From contig NC_087436.1 of the NCBI RefSeq assembly GCF_036321535.1, positions 108,874,001-108,938,000 on the forward strand: a DNA stretch of 64,000 nt, read 5' to 3'. Positions within the stretch are counted from its first letter, which is position 1. Each line of letters opens with the position of its first letter. The translations under genes were made by a program, and so were the position numbers. Source of the stretch: Camelus dromedarius. Its lineage: Eukaryota. Under the pieces are notes generated by a model. It was not told where the DNA came from, ran no database searches, and was given only the letters and a program-made list of their open reading frames with translations. Below are positions 41,273-53,743 of this stretch, piece after piece.

Positions 41273-43178
41273 GTAAGAAATGCCTCACCAACACAGCTAT
41301 CCTCCAGACCATTCCCAGTTTTTAACTTCAAAGTGTCAAACAATTGCAACTATGTTTAAAAATCACTGGGGAAGTCTGAAGTATTTTGTGTGGTGGTGGA
41401 GAAAGTCTGATGAAAATTTTGGAATGGGTAGAAATAGTTTATGGCTAATCTGCAAAATAAATATAAAACATGGAAGGATTACATCCGGATTTCCTAATAG
41501 CATTTTAACAAACACTGTACATGGAATAAAGCACTCAGAATCAGATAGGAAGAAAATATATCCAAACCGTGTTTGGATGTAGAATATTTGGCCTGTAACC
41601 CTTTTTTTCTCCCATGTAACATGGTCCATATGGAAACAGACACAATTTTTAAATCGTGTGGATTAAGTAGTGACTTGTGTTGTGTGGGAACTGGCCTGAT
41701 GCAATGGTGGGGCCCCAAATGCACTTCCAGACAAGCTGTCTAAGAAAGAAGGCTCACAGACCAAATTCAGATGTTCATATCAAATGGTTAATTAAACTAA
41801 TTTAAAACACACCAATAAGCAGGGTGGGGAGGGACGAGGTAAGATAACCACTTTAGGACGGAGTGAAGGTAGGGCTGCAGGACCACACTACCTGAACCCA
41901 GATGTGGTTCAGTGTCCATGTGTCCTCTCTTTCTCTCTGCTTTCTCACTTTCTCCAGAGTTGAGTTTTGGGCAAGAGGCTCCTCAAATAAAACGTATCTT
42001 CGGCCAATGACATAAACTTGCTCTATTGAAGACACGGGGACAAGTGTACCTGACTGCAGCTTTACTGTGACAATTAACCTGATCAGTGGCCATGGGTTTT
42101 ATCTGTGTTTCTTAATCAGAGGACACATGGGGCCAGAATGGGTCTCACCAGTGGGTGGCCAAGTTAAGACTTGATGGGTATTAAGTCTTCATGTATCCTG
42201 AGCATATCCTGGGTAGTCAGTGCCTCTTATATATTTGGTAAATAATAGACACTTAGTACTCAGGTGCCTCTAGAATATTAGGTGCCTCTTGGTCCTTTCA
42301 TTGTTTTCTATCCCTTTCTGTGTTTAACATAAACTTGCTGTTCTAATCATTTTTACCCAGTTCAGTTCATGAATTCTATGTCAAAAAAACTTCTATACTT
42401 CTATTCTTACTCAAAACGTCTTAAAAGATTTCACCTATAATTTACAAACTACAAACAGCTTGATCATTTAAAATGAAACTGAATACTCTCAGAAGTAATG
42501 TATATTACATCCATATTACCATCTTAATCCAGACTCTTATGTAGGAACTTCAATATGAAGAAAACAAGTGTAAACAATATATCTGAATGTCTAAGTAACT
42601 AGGCAGTATTTTCACTAAGATTGAAAATTACAAATCAAAATTAGATTTTGTTTTAATAAAAAAATTAAAATTTCAGAGTGTTTCCAGGGTCATAATATTT
42701 TGACTAATCTACATGTGTGACATTAAAGAAGCCATGGTAGGAAAAAAAAACAATGAAAATCCTAATGAGCTTTGAGACTTAGTTTTAGCATAAGTCTTAT
42801 GATGTGGCATTTATTCTCAATACATGGAAATTGATCAACTTATAAAGTATGTAATAACTCAATAAACCAAAGCTAGCCTATGTGAAGTCTGTGGAAGTCC
42901 AAATATTAAACCAGAGTGTTTCTTTCCTGATCATGTTAATATGTGGGAATTTATTTAATTCTGAAACCAAAATTAGAAGTGATTCTTACATTCTGATTCT
43001 GCTGCTTTTAAGGTATAAGGCCATTGGCTTTTCCTCTGGGAAGACCAAAAGGCATTTAATGAAGAATCAAAGAAAAAATTAAAAATTTGAAATTAAGTCA
43101 GAATAATCTGTCAAAGTATCTCAGAGTGGTTTCTTCACACGTTCCATGTGCCTCACGTGAGTGCCTTTTGCTTTTCAG

Positions 43179-43283
43179 GAAATGCTTGACATAATGAAAG
43201 CAATCTATGATATGATGGGTAAATGCACCTATCCTGTCCTCAAAGAAGATGCTCCCAGACAACATGTGGAAACATTTTTCCAG
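43179..43283 (+). CDS. KCNIP4: KCNIP4 coding exon ([35 protein letters not shown])
   Basis: cttttcag|GAA ... CAG|gtagaa; 105 nt, phase 0. Confidence 0.97.
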
Positions 43284-43929
43284 GTAGAAACGCAACAGAC
43301 ATCAGAGAGGGAGTGAAATTGAGATCGAATTTCCCGATGTTTCAGAGCATCATGAGAATTCAAAAGAATGGAAAGGAAAATAATTTTTACTAAAAGAGGC
43401 AAAACTATAGAACATACACTATCATACTAATTTAGCAATTTTGGGTTTGAATTTATCATAATATTGATAACTCCACTTATTGAATGTTACTCATGTCCTG
43501 GATACACCACCAAGCAATTCTGTGTCTCACGTGTTTTTTGGTGTTTTCATTCATTTCTCACAAGACCCTATGAGGTTATTTATAAATCCTCATTAGCCCC
43601 ATCTTACAGATGAGAAAACCAAGGCTCTGAAAGTTTCAGTAAGTTGCCTGAACTCTGTTGTAGCTGGAGGGCAGGATTGTACCCAAGGCTGAGTGACCCT
43701 CAACCTGCATCCTATTCTGTTGAAAAGGCAACAGCTTCCAATCAGTCAGCCACAGTTCTTGTCACTGAGAAACTACCAGTTTGTTTTTTTTTTGTGCTCT
43801 GAAGCAGGTCCTCCCCATAAAACAAGCAGCCGGGCTTTCTTTCCCTCAGCTTCAGCTTGCTCAGGTCAGGTGCGAGGGTATCAAGGGGTAAGTCTGAGGA
43901 AAGGTTTTTGTTCTTTTCTTCCTGAACAG

Positions 43930-43992
43930 AAAATGGACAAGAATAAAGATGGAGTGGTCACCATAGATGAATTCATCGAAAGCTGCCAAAAA
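43930..43992 (+). CDS. KCNIP4: KCNIP4 coding exon ([21 protein letters not shown]), EF-hand 4
   Basis: cctgaacag|AAA ... AAA|gtaagt; 63 nt; EF loop [12 protein letters not shown]; also visible inside ORF 43693..44034. Confidence 0.97.
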
Positions 43993-45621
43993 GTAAGTAA
44001 TGACAATAAAGGAGCCATCCCTTTGCTTTCTTAACGACTCAACTTGAGTCCTGCCAGCCAGCCACCATGAACTGAGCGAAGGGCAGAGATCACCTGCCTA
44101 AGATCACCACTCTGGAAACAGTTCATTCAATTAATTCACATTTACAGGGTGCCCCCCCAGATGAAGGCAGGCAAGGAGGCAAGCCCTGGAGAAACGAAGG
44201 TTGCACGTGTGTTTTAGCTCCCCAGATCTTTTAGAGAGTATTCATCACTGAGGATAAAACATGAGCGATTCGTATTGTTCTGTCCTCAAAACTAGCACAT
44301 AACATGTATCGTGTCTGTTATATCCTCCAGAGATTGAGAATTTCAGTACAGCCAAGTGTGCATCACTGGCCACACATACCCGACTTTTAAGAGAAACATC
44401 ATTACTTCAACGTTTGTGGACAGGATGTATTTTTTGGCTGAACCAGTAACAGTCTTCAGTCACAAAATTAAAAAGCAGAAAATTCTCCCGGGGAAAAATC
44501 CACGTAGTTCTCCACCCTCCGGTGGGAGGCCAGTACTCGCACACCTAGAAGTGGTGGACTTGATGTGTGGGTGGAACCACAATTAAGCATTTTCAAAGTC
44601 ATTACGGGGACTAAGAAGCTTGCCGGTGTTTAGCTTTTCTCATCATTTTCACATTGATGTATTTTTCCTTTCCTGATGCCTGCTGATTTCTCAACTCACG
44701 TTTCAGTGTGACAGTCTTCGAATTAACTTGGTGACATCAAGTGCTTAATGTTGTTGTTACTTGGCTTCTAGCAGTGGAAGCCACCATCAGTTCTGCCACC
44801 CTCTTCCATTACCATAAACAGTCACAACCTCCACGTGCCCCGATAGTGCCCAGAGTCTGTCCCCTTAAGTTTCCCAGGAGCATGCTAAACTGAGCACAGC
44901 CACTGGGCAGTTGTTTCTGTCAAGTGATCCTTTCTCTAGGTGTTGAGAGATCATTCTTTTTTTTTTCCTTCTCGTTTCCCTGACTTTATTCACAGCGGAG
45001 ATGGGGGTGGACACAGGTGGGGCCTGACCTGTCCTGGAGCCCCGAGGGCACCATGCGCCATGCACTACAGATGGGAGGGGGCACAGGGGAGCTCTGGGGC
45101 GCCAGCGGAAGCCTGTGTACCAGGGAGGAGGCGGTGAGGGACAGACTATTCATTTTTAAAGGTTCCCAAAGGCTGCAGAGTTATCCCTAACGGACCCAGA
45201 GAGATGTGATGTCTGCGAACACGTCTCCTAAATCCCAACCTCCAATCTTCATGATGTTGGCTCCACGCTCACACACAAACCCTGTTTCCTCTCCTGTGTA
45301 CCAGCTCCCCGTGATTGCCCGAAGTGCGGTCTGCGTCGCTCACCGCCTCTGTGCCCCTCAGTTCCCATCCTTGCATTCTAACTTGAGAAATAGCCCCTCT
45401 TCACACCAAGTAAGATTTAAACAGTGCTTAAAGCCCAGTAGACTCCACAGAACATAAAATGGGCTCTCCACAGTTATCTACCTCCACAGAAGGTCTTGAT
45501 GTTCACAGGCACCTCGTGCTGCAGCTTTGTGCACAGGTGGTTTCGGCGGGGGAGGCAGGACTCGGAGGGCTCTCTCCTTTGCAGAAATGCTGAATTGAAT
45601 CCCGCCCTTTTCCCCTTACAG

Positions 45622-45669
45622 GATGAAAACATCATGCGCTCCATGCAGCTCTTTGAAAATGTGATTTAA
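45622..45669 (+). CDS. KCNIP4: KCNIP4 last coding exon (DENIMRSMQLFENVI*)
   Basis: ccttacag|GAT ... TAA at 45667-45669. The six exons sum to 465 nt = 154 aa + stop. The MQLFENVI C-terminus fits KChIP4. Confidence 0.97.
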   Translation, partial: DENIMRSMQLFENVI

Positions 45670-47115
45670 CTTGTTGAACGTGTCCTTGATCCAACAGACA
45701 AACGTGAACTATTCTACACACGAAGTTGGAGCTACCACTCTTAGCATAGATTGCTCAGCTTTACACTGAGGCATATTATGCAAACTAGCTTTGTTTTAAT
45801 ATAAAGCAACCCTCAAGAGATTTGAGTTTTCCATTTATAAATCTGCATCCTTTTCATGATGCCGCTGAGTTCACGGGATGTTCTAAGTCATTTCATACCC
45901 TGTGAATATTCAAAGGGAGCAGAACCTGGCATATGGGTTTACTGATTCTGTAGCCATGGGATTATTGAGGCTTTCACATTATCAGTGATTTTAACACATC
46001 AGTGGTTTTTGCTACTCATTTGTATGTATTCATCCCCAGGATTTTTAATTGTTTTCTAAAATACTGGCATCTGCATTTAATTTCCAGAAATTAATTTCCA
46101 TGTTTGTATGCCATAATTCCATTTATACTTTAAGGAAACAAGACAAGATTACGACAACTGAGAAAAACAAACAAACCCAAGTCCCAGTTTCTATGGATTT
46201 GCTGTCTTCTGTTAAAGACATTCATTTACCTGGCATTTTTTATAACATGAACCAAATCAGTTTATCACCAGATGTCCGCATATGCCTAATAAAGCTTATT
46301 TAATAAGCATTTCCAAATTTTTCATAATGCATATTATAGCCAAGGCCTACATGATGTCTGTAATTTTGGATTTGTTCAATCCGACAGGTTGACTATTTCC
46401 TATTGTGTCATTAAGTGGAGGTCCAAGAGGGTTTGAGACAAAGCGAGGATGTCCACAGGCTCATGCAAAGGGCCAGGAGATCTGCCCTCTGTACACAGTG
46501 ACGCTTAGCAACAAGTAACCCTTCACCGCAGTAAAGGCCTGGTGCGTCCTCCTTCCCAACCCCCTCCCGGCACCATTAGATTACATGCCATCAGGGACAA
46601 AGAAACCCTGGCTGCCCCAACGCCTACTAGGAACAAACAGCAAGCAGAATTCACTCTGAAAGCACCAGTGATTCCATTATCTTGAGAACTATAATACTGA
46701 AATCTAGTAGAAGATGAATGTAAGTGCTAAGCAGCTCCCCTGGGCTGTATTATGATTTAGCTCATCATAAAACTCCAGTCATTCCGATTATTTTTAATGA
46801 TCTTAGGCCAACATTGTGAAGTTGCCACAACGTTACTAATGATACACACCCCCTCCTGTTTTGCAGAAATATCAAAGACCAAGAGGCTAGAGTAGGAGGA
46901 GACCTGCAACTGTCTTTACAACAATAAATCAGGTACCTATTCTGGTGTAGAGAGAGGATGTTGACAGCTGCCCTGCTAGCACCAGTGTAGAAGTTCAGAG
47001 TAGTACAATACATGTACACTGAGATCTGCCATCGCGTGTTTGTGTAAACTCAATGTGCACATTTTGTATTTCAAAAAGAAAAAATAAAAGCAAATAAAAT
47101 GTTTATAACTCTACT
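45670..47115 (+). other. KCNIP4: KCNIP4 3'UTR (approximate end)
   Basis: Follows the stop codon; AT-rich with no recognised repeats; AATAAA at 46288, 46923, 47083 and 47093, followed by GT/T-rich sequence. The exact cleavage site is inferred. Confidence 0.7.
47083..47098 (+). terminator. KCNIP4: Tandem AATAAA poly(A) signals, likely distal KCNIP4 polyadenylation site
   Basis: aaAATAAAagcaAATAAAat, preceded by a U-rich/TGTA element (ttttgtattt) and followed by ctgtctgtg. Confidence 0.75.
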
Positions 47116-47131
47116 GTCTGTGCTACAGGTC

Positions 47132-47137
47132 TTTATT
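47132..47137 (-). terminator. PACRGL: AATAAA poly(A) signal on the - strand, candidate distal PACRGL site
   Basis: TTTATT on the + strand, about 1.35 kb downstream of the PACRGL stop. Weaker ATTAAA candidates lie at about 47775 and 47880. Confidence 0.5.
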
Positions 47138-48491
47138 TCAACACATTTTATAATTACTAGATTGAAAATATTACCTTTTTCTTAATGGCTTTTCTGAACT
47201 GTGGAGATCTCTGTCTGGGTGGCGCTAAGTGCAACGAAAGGGAGTGAGAGCAAGGCGGAGGGCAGGCAGGCTGATATGATGTGAGAGAGGATGTGACCAG
47301 AGAGCAGAGACCCGAGGAGAGGGTGGAGCAGACAGGCCACCCGGAAGGACACCTGCTCTGGGGGAGAACGAGGACCTGTGAGAAATTCCTTGTATTTTAA
47401 ATTACCTGAAAGAAGACTTACAAAGAGGTGACTCCAGGTGTCTGAGGGATGAGCAGAGAAAGGCTGCTCTCCAATGCCGCAGGACAGAACACTGCTGCTC
47501 AAATTTCCATCCCGTCAGCCTCCGTCCAGGGACGTGGTGTGGCTGCTCAGGTCCCCAGGGGCTCTCTTCCTGCCCAGAGTTGGAAGGCCTCCTCCTTGTC
47601 TTCCATCTCTCTCCCTCTGCTCCTCTGTGGAATGATCCAGAATCGCCTGCTACTACATCAACACTCAGAACTCTGCCTGTAAGTTATGTGTGAAAAGCTT
47701 TTAAAATTGAATCCACTGTTAAACATAAGTAAGCAAGCACAACAAAATCACTGAATACATATGAGTTTTAAGGTTTTAATTTCTGAGTATCTTCATGTAC
47801 TGAATACCAGTATTTTCAGAATATGAAATACAAAAATAACATGTATGTAAATACAATTAACACCTAAACTTTAGGTAGTTTTAATAAGTTGTAATAAACA
47901 ACATATTCATAAGAAAATTTACACATGAAAAATTTTTTTCTTAAACTAGAATACTTTGGAAAGAAAATTCCCCAAGCATTCTACATTGTAAAATACGTAT
48001 TTACAAAATAATTCACAGTGAATTCACAAACGTTTGCCCACTATTTTAAATTTCCATAGACTTGATAAATTTAAAACCCAGGAAATGGAAAAGTGTCTAA
48101 AAATAAGTGCACAGCTACAAACTGATTATAAATAATTTGTACAAAAATGGCACTAGAAAGTCCATACAAACACATTCACCATAAACCCCAATAATGGCTG
48201 TTCACGCAAACCATAAAAATATGAAAAAATAAACCCCACAAGATAGTACTATTGTAGAATTTTTTTTTAATAGTTTTCCATCATTAACCATTCTTTTTTT
48301 TTTTGATGAATAACTTGTACTGTGATTCAGTGGAACTGTGTATACTCATCTGAAGCCAGTAAATAATGAATGGCGTGTGTGATTTACAAAAGAATAAACT
48401 GAAGTGACTCTGAAAAGGTTCCAGAGATACCCACAGTCAGCACTCAACACCTGCCACCCGGGAGTAAGAAGACTTTTGTTGGCTTCCTTCT

Positions 48492-48548
48492 TCAGCAGCA
48501 TATGGAGCAGTATGTTGGAATTTTAGATTTGATGATCATAAGGCTTCC
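48492..48548 (-). CDS. PACRGL: PACRGL last coding exon (GSLMIIKSKIPTYCSICC*)
   Basis: ttgacag|GGA ... TGA; 57 nt; the KIPTYCSICC C-terminus matches PACRGL as recalled. Confidence 0.95.
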   Translation of the reverse strand, partial: GSLMIIKSKIPTYCSICC

Positions 48549-49702
48549 CTGTCAAGAGAAAACAATGTAGCCTCATGAGGACCAAGCAGGGTTCCCCGAA
48601 TAGGTGTGACATTTGCAGAAGCATGCCTTAAAAAGTGTTCCAAACTCCAAAGAAGCAAAATGGAATGAGAGCAGAAAGATGGAACGTGAAGCAGAACCTT
48701 TTCCTGAGTTAAATAAAATATAGGTTCTCTCTTAGTGTGTTTTAAAAATATTTAACCAGAGAAGTAGTCAGGAAGCAGAAACGGGTACTTGCACCCAGCT
48801 CCGCCAGTCACATCACTGCCAGATCTTGGGCTAATCACTTCTCTGCACCTCAATTGTTAGATCTTTAAAGGAGGTAACAGTAAAGTCTACCTCTGAAGGC
48901 TGCAGTGATGATTAAATGAGTTTAATGTCTAAAATGTACTCAGTAGAGTACCTGTCATGTAAGAAGTTCCCACCGGCTCAATAAAGATTGGGATGTGTGT
49001 GAGTATGTGTCTTTTCCAAGACAAATGTACATATCATTTAGAAAGAAAATTAAATCAGATTAAGAGTGAACCAATTTCAAGTTAAGCAGATAGTAAACTG
49101 ATTAGCTCTAAGAAAATGACACTGTGTCTGTCTGGAACTGATATTTTGGTGTCCCCAGAAGTTGAGTCTTTTTATCATTGTGACACACCCAAGCCCCAAG
49201 AAATGAGAAACTATAATATTAAGGAGAATCTATTACAAAAGACTCATCTCCAATATTTAAAGGAAAAGATATGAACATTTAAGTTTTTAGAAAGGAAAGC
49301 ATATTAATTTCATGATGGATTATCAAGTACCAAAAGCAAGCACAATAATAATAAAAATAATAATTTAAAAAATAATAAAAATAATAATTATTATTAAGGG
49401 AAAGTCTTTGACTTTTGCAATTACATCAATTATTATTAAAATATTATGTAAGACATTAGAAGGAGAGAATAAGAAGAGAAAAAGCCTGATGGAATAAACA
49501 ATACTTAATAGCCCTTTTAACTTCAAAATCTGTTTAAAATTCTCTATTAGCATGATTAAAAACTAATGAGACTGAGTGGCAATAAGAGGACCCTCGTGCT
49601 AGCTGTCACTGGGACCCTCGGATTGGTCAGCTACATCCTGTGATCCCCTCCAAGTGCTAGTGCGCTATGTCTAACTTGTAGTTACTCACAAACTATCCCT
49701 TC

Positions 49703-49703
<1 letters not shown>

Positions 49704-49773
<70 letters not shown>
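49704..49773. repeat. Long interrupted (CA)n microsatellite in the last PACRGL intron
   Basis: About 70 bp of AC repeats with one AA interruption. Confidence 0.95.
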
Positions 49774-49775
<2 letters not shown>

Positions 49776-50949
49776 ATCCAACCCGCTGGGCCTGCCCCTC
49801 CGGCTTGCCCATCCCCCACACCGGGCCGCAGAACTTGTGAAAACATCGGGAGAGAGTTTCAGACTGCAAGCCTTACATCGTTATTTAACATGTTAACTTG
49901 CATTTCACCAGGAGGAACGGGCAAATTATTCTGCATTCCAATTTTCAGAACAGGAACCACATTTGTAAGCAAGAAGAACTTCCTTTCTGCTGGGAAGGGA
50001 CACTGGATTGACAGTGGGATGATTCTGGGCATCTCAATAAGGTGTTGGGAGTGCTAACCCTTGCCCGAGACCCACGCACCAAAAAGAAATCCGTTATTTA
50101 GTAGACGAGGGACTGACTTTCTCCTCATAAACTTTATTCTAGGCATTCATCATGAAAACATAATCAATTTAAAAAGTCACTGAAATTGGCCAAATTAGGT
50201 AATTCAGGCAACGCTTAAACTAAAACGCCTGCCATTTAAAAATTTTCTCAGTCACGCAATTTTTTAATGTAATTAATTCCTTTAGAAAGTACCTAGAATG
50301 TAAGTCCTGCAATGGTAAGATTATCACGGGCGACTCCCATTAAGATCTGATTGAAAGCAATCCCCAAAACACGATGAGATCACTGCTTTATGGAAATATT
50401 TCCAAGAAAAATTCAATTAACCTAGTTATTGACAATACACAGACAGTAATGAAATCCCCCACAACCCTGCATCTTCTTGCAAGTTAGAACAGTTAGCTGA
50501 ATCCCTCCTCTGCGTGTGCACGTGGGCGAGTTCCAGATCCGTGCTTCTAGACATGACAATGCAGCCACCTGGAAACCTCATCTCAGTCTCTGATGATGCG
50601 CAGATTGTAAATGATTTAGACAGAAAAGGTGGCAAATGAAAGGAAAAAAAAAAAAAAACCACTTGTTCTTTAATGAGCTAAGTCAATCCCTTTGTCTTCT
50701 GAACTTCCCAAAGGTCAAAGCAAAAATACCTAAAATACTTCAAAGAAAAAATCCTGCAGCGCTGTACCACACGTGGGCCGCGCGGTCAGCACAGGGCAGG
50801 GGCACAGGCCCTGCACTCATACAACCTGGGTCTGAGTCCCAGCGCTGAAAAACTGACCTCACCAAGACAGAAGCCCTGAGCTCTGAAATGAGGATAACAG
50901 CATCAGCTCCACATGGCTGCCTGTGTATGAAGCGCGGTAACACACGTTA

Positions 50950-51096
<147 letters not shown>

Positions 51097-52099
51097 CTAT
51101 TAAAATAAGATTAAGGGAATAAATGATTTGAAAAGGGAACATTATTCTCCATAAACGTAAGTAAAACTTCACTAAAAAGCATTACGTCTCGACTGTATAG
51201 GAAGTACATAAACCCCACTTGATCTTAGATTTCAAGGCTTCTTTTATGAAGCATCTCGTTAAAATTTGTATATAATAAACACCACTGTTTTTGTTTAAAA
51301 AATTTAGATTATTTGAAATAATGCCAATCCTACAAAATCTGCTACAGTGTTACCATACTGTAAGTTTTGCAGAGTGAGTTTTCTAAGAAACTGCATGCTT
51401 CCCCATTTCGTAATTTGCAAGAGCATCTGGAAGACTAGGACGGAAAGCTAAGCCTCTAAACACGTTTCCTATAATCAAAAAAGGAAGAGACAACACAAAA
51501 CAGCATGTTTACAGGAATAATTAATTCAACAACAGTGACAGGTATAAGAATCAGACTAAAACCCGCAAGACTGCCTATCACCCCCAGCTACGTCCTGAAG
51601 GGGCCTCCTTGGATGAGTGGACCCCTGAGATGGGGGAGCACAGGTGAGAAGAACAGGAGCCAAGAGGGCAATTCAGGTCCTCAGGTACAACTTGTAACTG
51701 TGTTCTCCCGATGTCTGCAGAGCTCACCCGAAGACCTGAACGTTCCAGCTAGAGCAGGACTTGCTCATGACTCCACTTTCTGGGGATACAAATGGAGCCC
51801 AGGCAAGAATCACTCAGTGATCAAACACAGAGAAAGCCCCCGCCCTAGACTTGGTTTCCGGTTCTTCCTCTTCCCAGACCCGGAAGTTACCCAGGAGGGC
51901 TTCTCACCATTGAGCACTGAGCAACAGGTCCTTCCAGCCAGGTCATCAAAGGTTAGGGAGGTCAGAAGAGACTCCCAGAAAGATTTTAAATATGTGAGAA
52001 AAGCAACTCTAAAGGAGGGGACAGGCAGGGCTTATCAATGTCCTGGGGATGGACAAGTAAAAGCACCCCTTACAGGTTTTATGTTTGCTTTCTTCAGAC

Positions 52100-52290
52100 C
52101 ATGTTCCCCTCGGGCAGGGGACCACGAACCACCACCATCAGAATCACGGGAGATACTCTCTGAAAAAGTAGATTCTTGGTCCCATCCCATAATTATTTTA
52201 CCAGAATCTCAGGAGAAAGGCCCAGGTTCTGCATTTTTAGCAAGATTCCCAGGTGATTCATTTATTTCCTCTTTTAAGTTTGAGGATCCC
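52100..52290. mobile_element. MER5-like MITE (degenerate)
   Basis: catcagaatcac ... agattcttggtcccatccc ... tctgcatttttagcaag.ttcccaggtgattc ... aagtttgag. Confidence 0.6.
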
Positions 52291-52444
52291 CATCCTAGGG
52301 TCAGACTCTCAGAGCCGAAGCTCAGAAAGGCTATGACTTATTTTGCATATGAAGAAAATAGTTGTCTATAGGTTCAGTAACTGGTTTTGAAATTACTTTT
52401 CTAGAAGATGAATCATTTCTTCAAATAAACATCTACTGTAGGAG

Positions 52445-52872
52445 TGAGGCAGGGGGAAGGGAGCAGGGCACAACCGCTAAGAGAATGACATCACCATCAA
52501 GGGTAGGATACAAACTGGTTAGAACCAACTAGGCCCCAGATGGTGGACGATTCCACTTGCAGGGGAATTTGAGCCTCATTATACACTCATGGTAAGACAT
52601 TAGCTGCTAAATGATGCACCACAGGTGCCAAGACAGTTCCCAGGCTGATCATGAAAGGCCGAAAAAATGGGTAGGGGCCCAATTCCTGGAAATCCCTGTC
52701 CCTTCCCCCAAACAGAACAGAATAATCCTCCCACTTGTTAGCATAGGAAATTACCCAGCCCATAAAAACTAGCAACCCCCACAACCCAGGGCCGCTCACC
52801 CTGCTGAGAAAGACCATAATCTGTCTAGGGAGGGTGTATCTTGCTAAATAAGCTTGCTTTCACTTTCCTGTG
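52445..52872 (+). mobile_element. MER41-like ERV1 solo LTR, copy 1
   Basis: Starts TG, flanked by GGAG/GGAG; aligns by eye with 53744..54286 (cacaggtgcca.gacagt, gcccataaaaact.gcaac). Its 3' end is shortened and lacks CA. Confidence 0.7.
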
Positions 52873-53743
52873 GGAGACAAGGGCCTACTCTCTGGTAACA
52901 GAGATCTATGAGGTGTGAAAATGGAGCTCCCAGGCTGACGGGGGAGGGGTGGGGCGGGGTGGGTGAGGGAGGGAGGGAGCCCTCCAGAGCCTCAATGGAG
53001 CCTCAGGGCACAGGGCACGCAGCTAACAGACCAGGGGCGAATCCCCACAGGTCCTGTTCCCAAGGCCTCTCCTCTGTGGAATACCACCAGGGCCTCCCCC
53101 AGGTGAAGGGAAGAGGCCCGTTCAGTCAGTCCGTGTCAGTCCGTGTCTCGGGAAAAGCAGAGCTCGGGGGAAGAAAGTGAGTGAACAAAGATTAACTCTA
53201 CTGTCCCAGAAAGGCTTCAAAAAACTAGTTCTACCGTTAATTGCTGATCTGGCCTTTTCTCTGTCACGGTGCGCAGGAAGCGAAGGCTCTGGTCCTCACC
53301 AGCCCCCAGTCTGGGGAGGAGCCTTCTCCTCACGCGTGGCTTCCTCTTCACCCCACCCAGCTCTCTCGGTGCCTGTCCTTCTACTTATTTCTCCCCAGAA
53401 ACAAAAACCAGTCTCCATGGGGGCAGGGGGCATACCTGTTTTTGTTGAGCGCCATGTTCCCATGCCTTACACAGTACCTGCCACAGCATGGGCGGGCAGA
53501 GAACAACAGATTTAGGTTAAACTGCTGAACGTCTGACCGAAGCAATCAATCTAAAATGAGTCATTTTATGTATTGGTGTGAAATTCCTGTCATCAGTCAG
53601 CCACGACCCAACTCGCTGACCCAACGGTAATAAGCAAGTACCTGCCAGGATTCTCCTCCTTCTCTCCTCCGACTTCCTGTATGTTGAGGTGTGAGAGTCT
53701 GTTCTCACTGTGTCTTCTCCCCACCAGACCCAAGGTGAGACTT

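Noticed and set aside
43693..43929. Upstream part of the 113-aa ORF containing EF-hand 4
   Set aside because: Intronic read-through with a non-ATG start; only 43930-43992 is bounded by splice sites.
51505..52371. Longest ORF in the track (288 aa, + strand)
   Set aside because: No recognisable domain; antisense within a PACRGL intron; its 3' part runs through a MER5-like MITE. Most likely a chance ORF unless Ribo-seq or PhyloCSF supports it.
53123..53147. Short tandem duplication of tcagtccgtg
   Set aside because: A two-copy slippage event; no repeat-spacer array.
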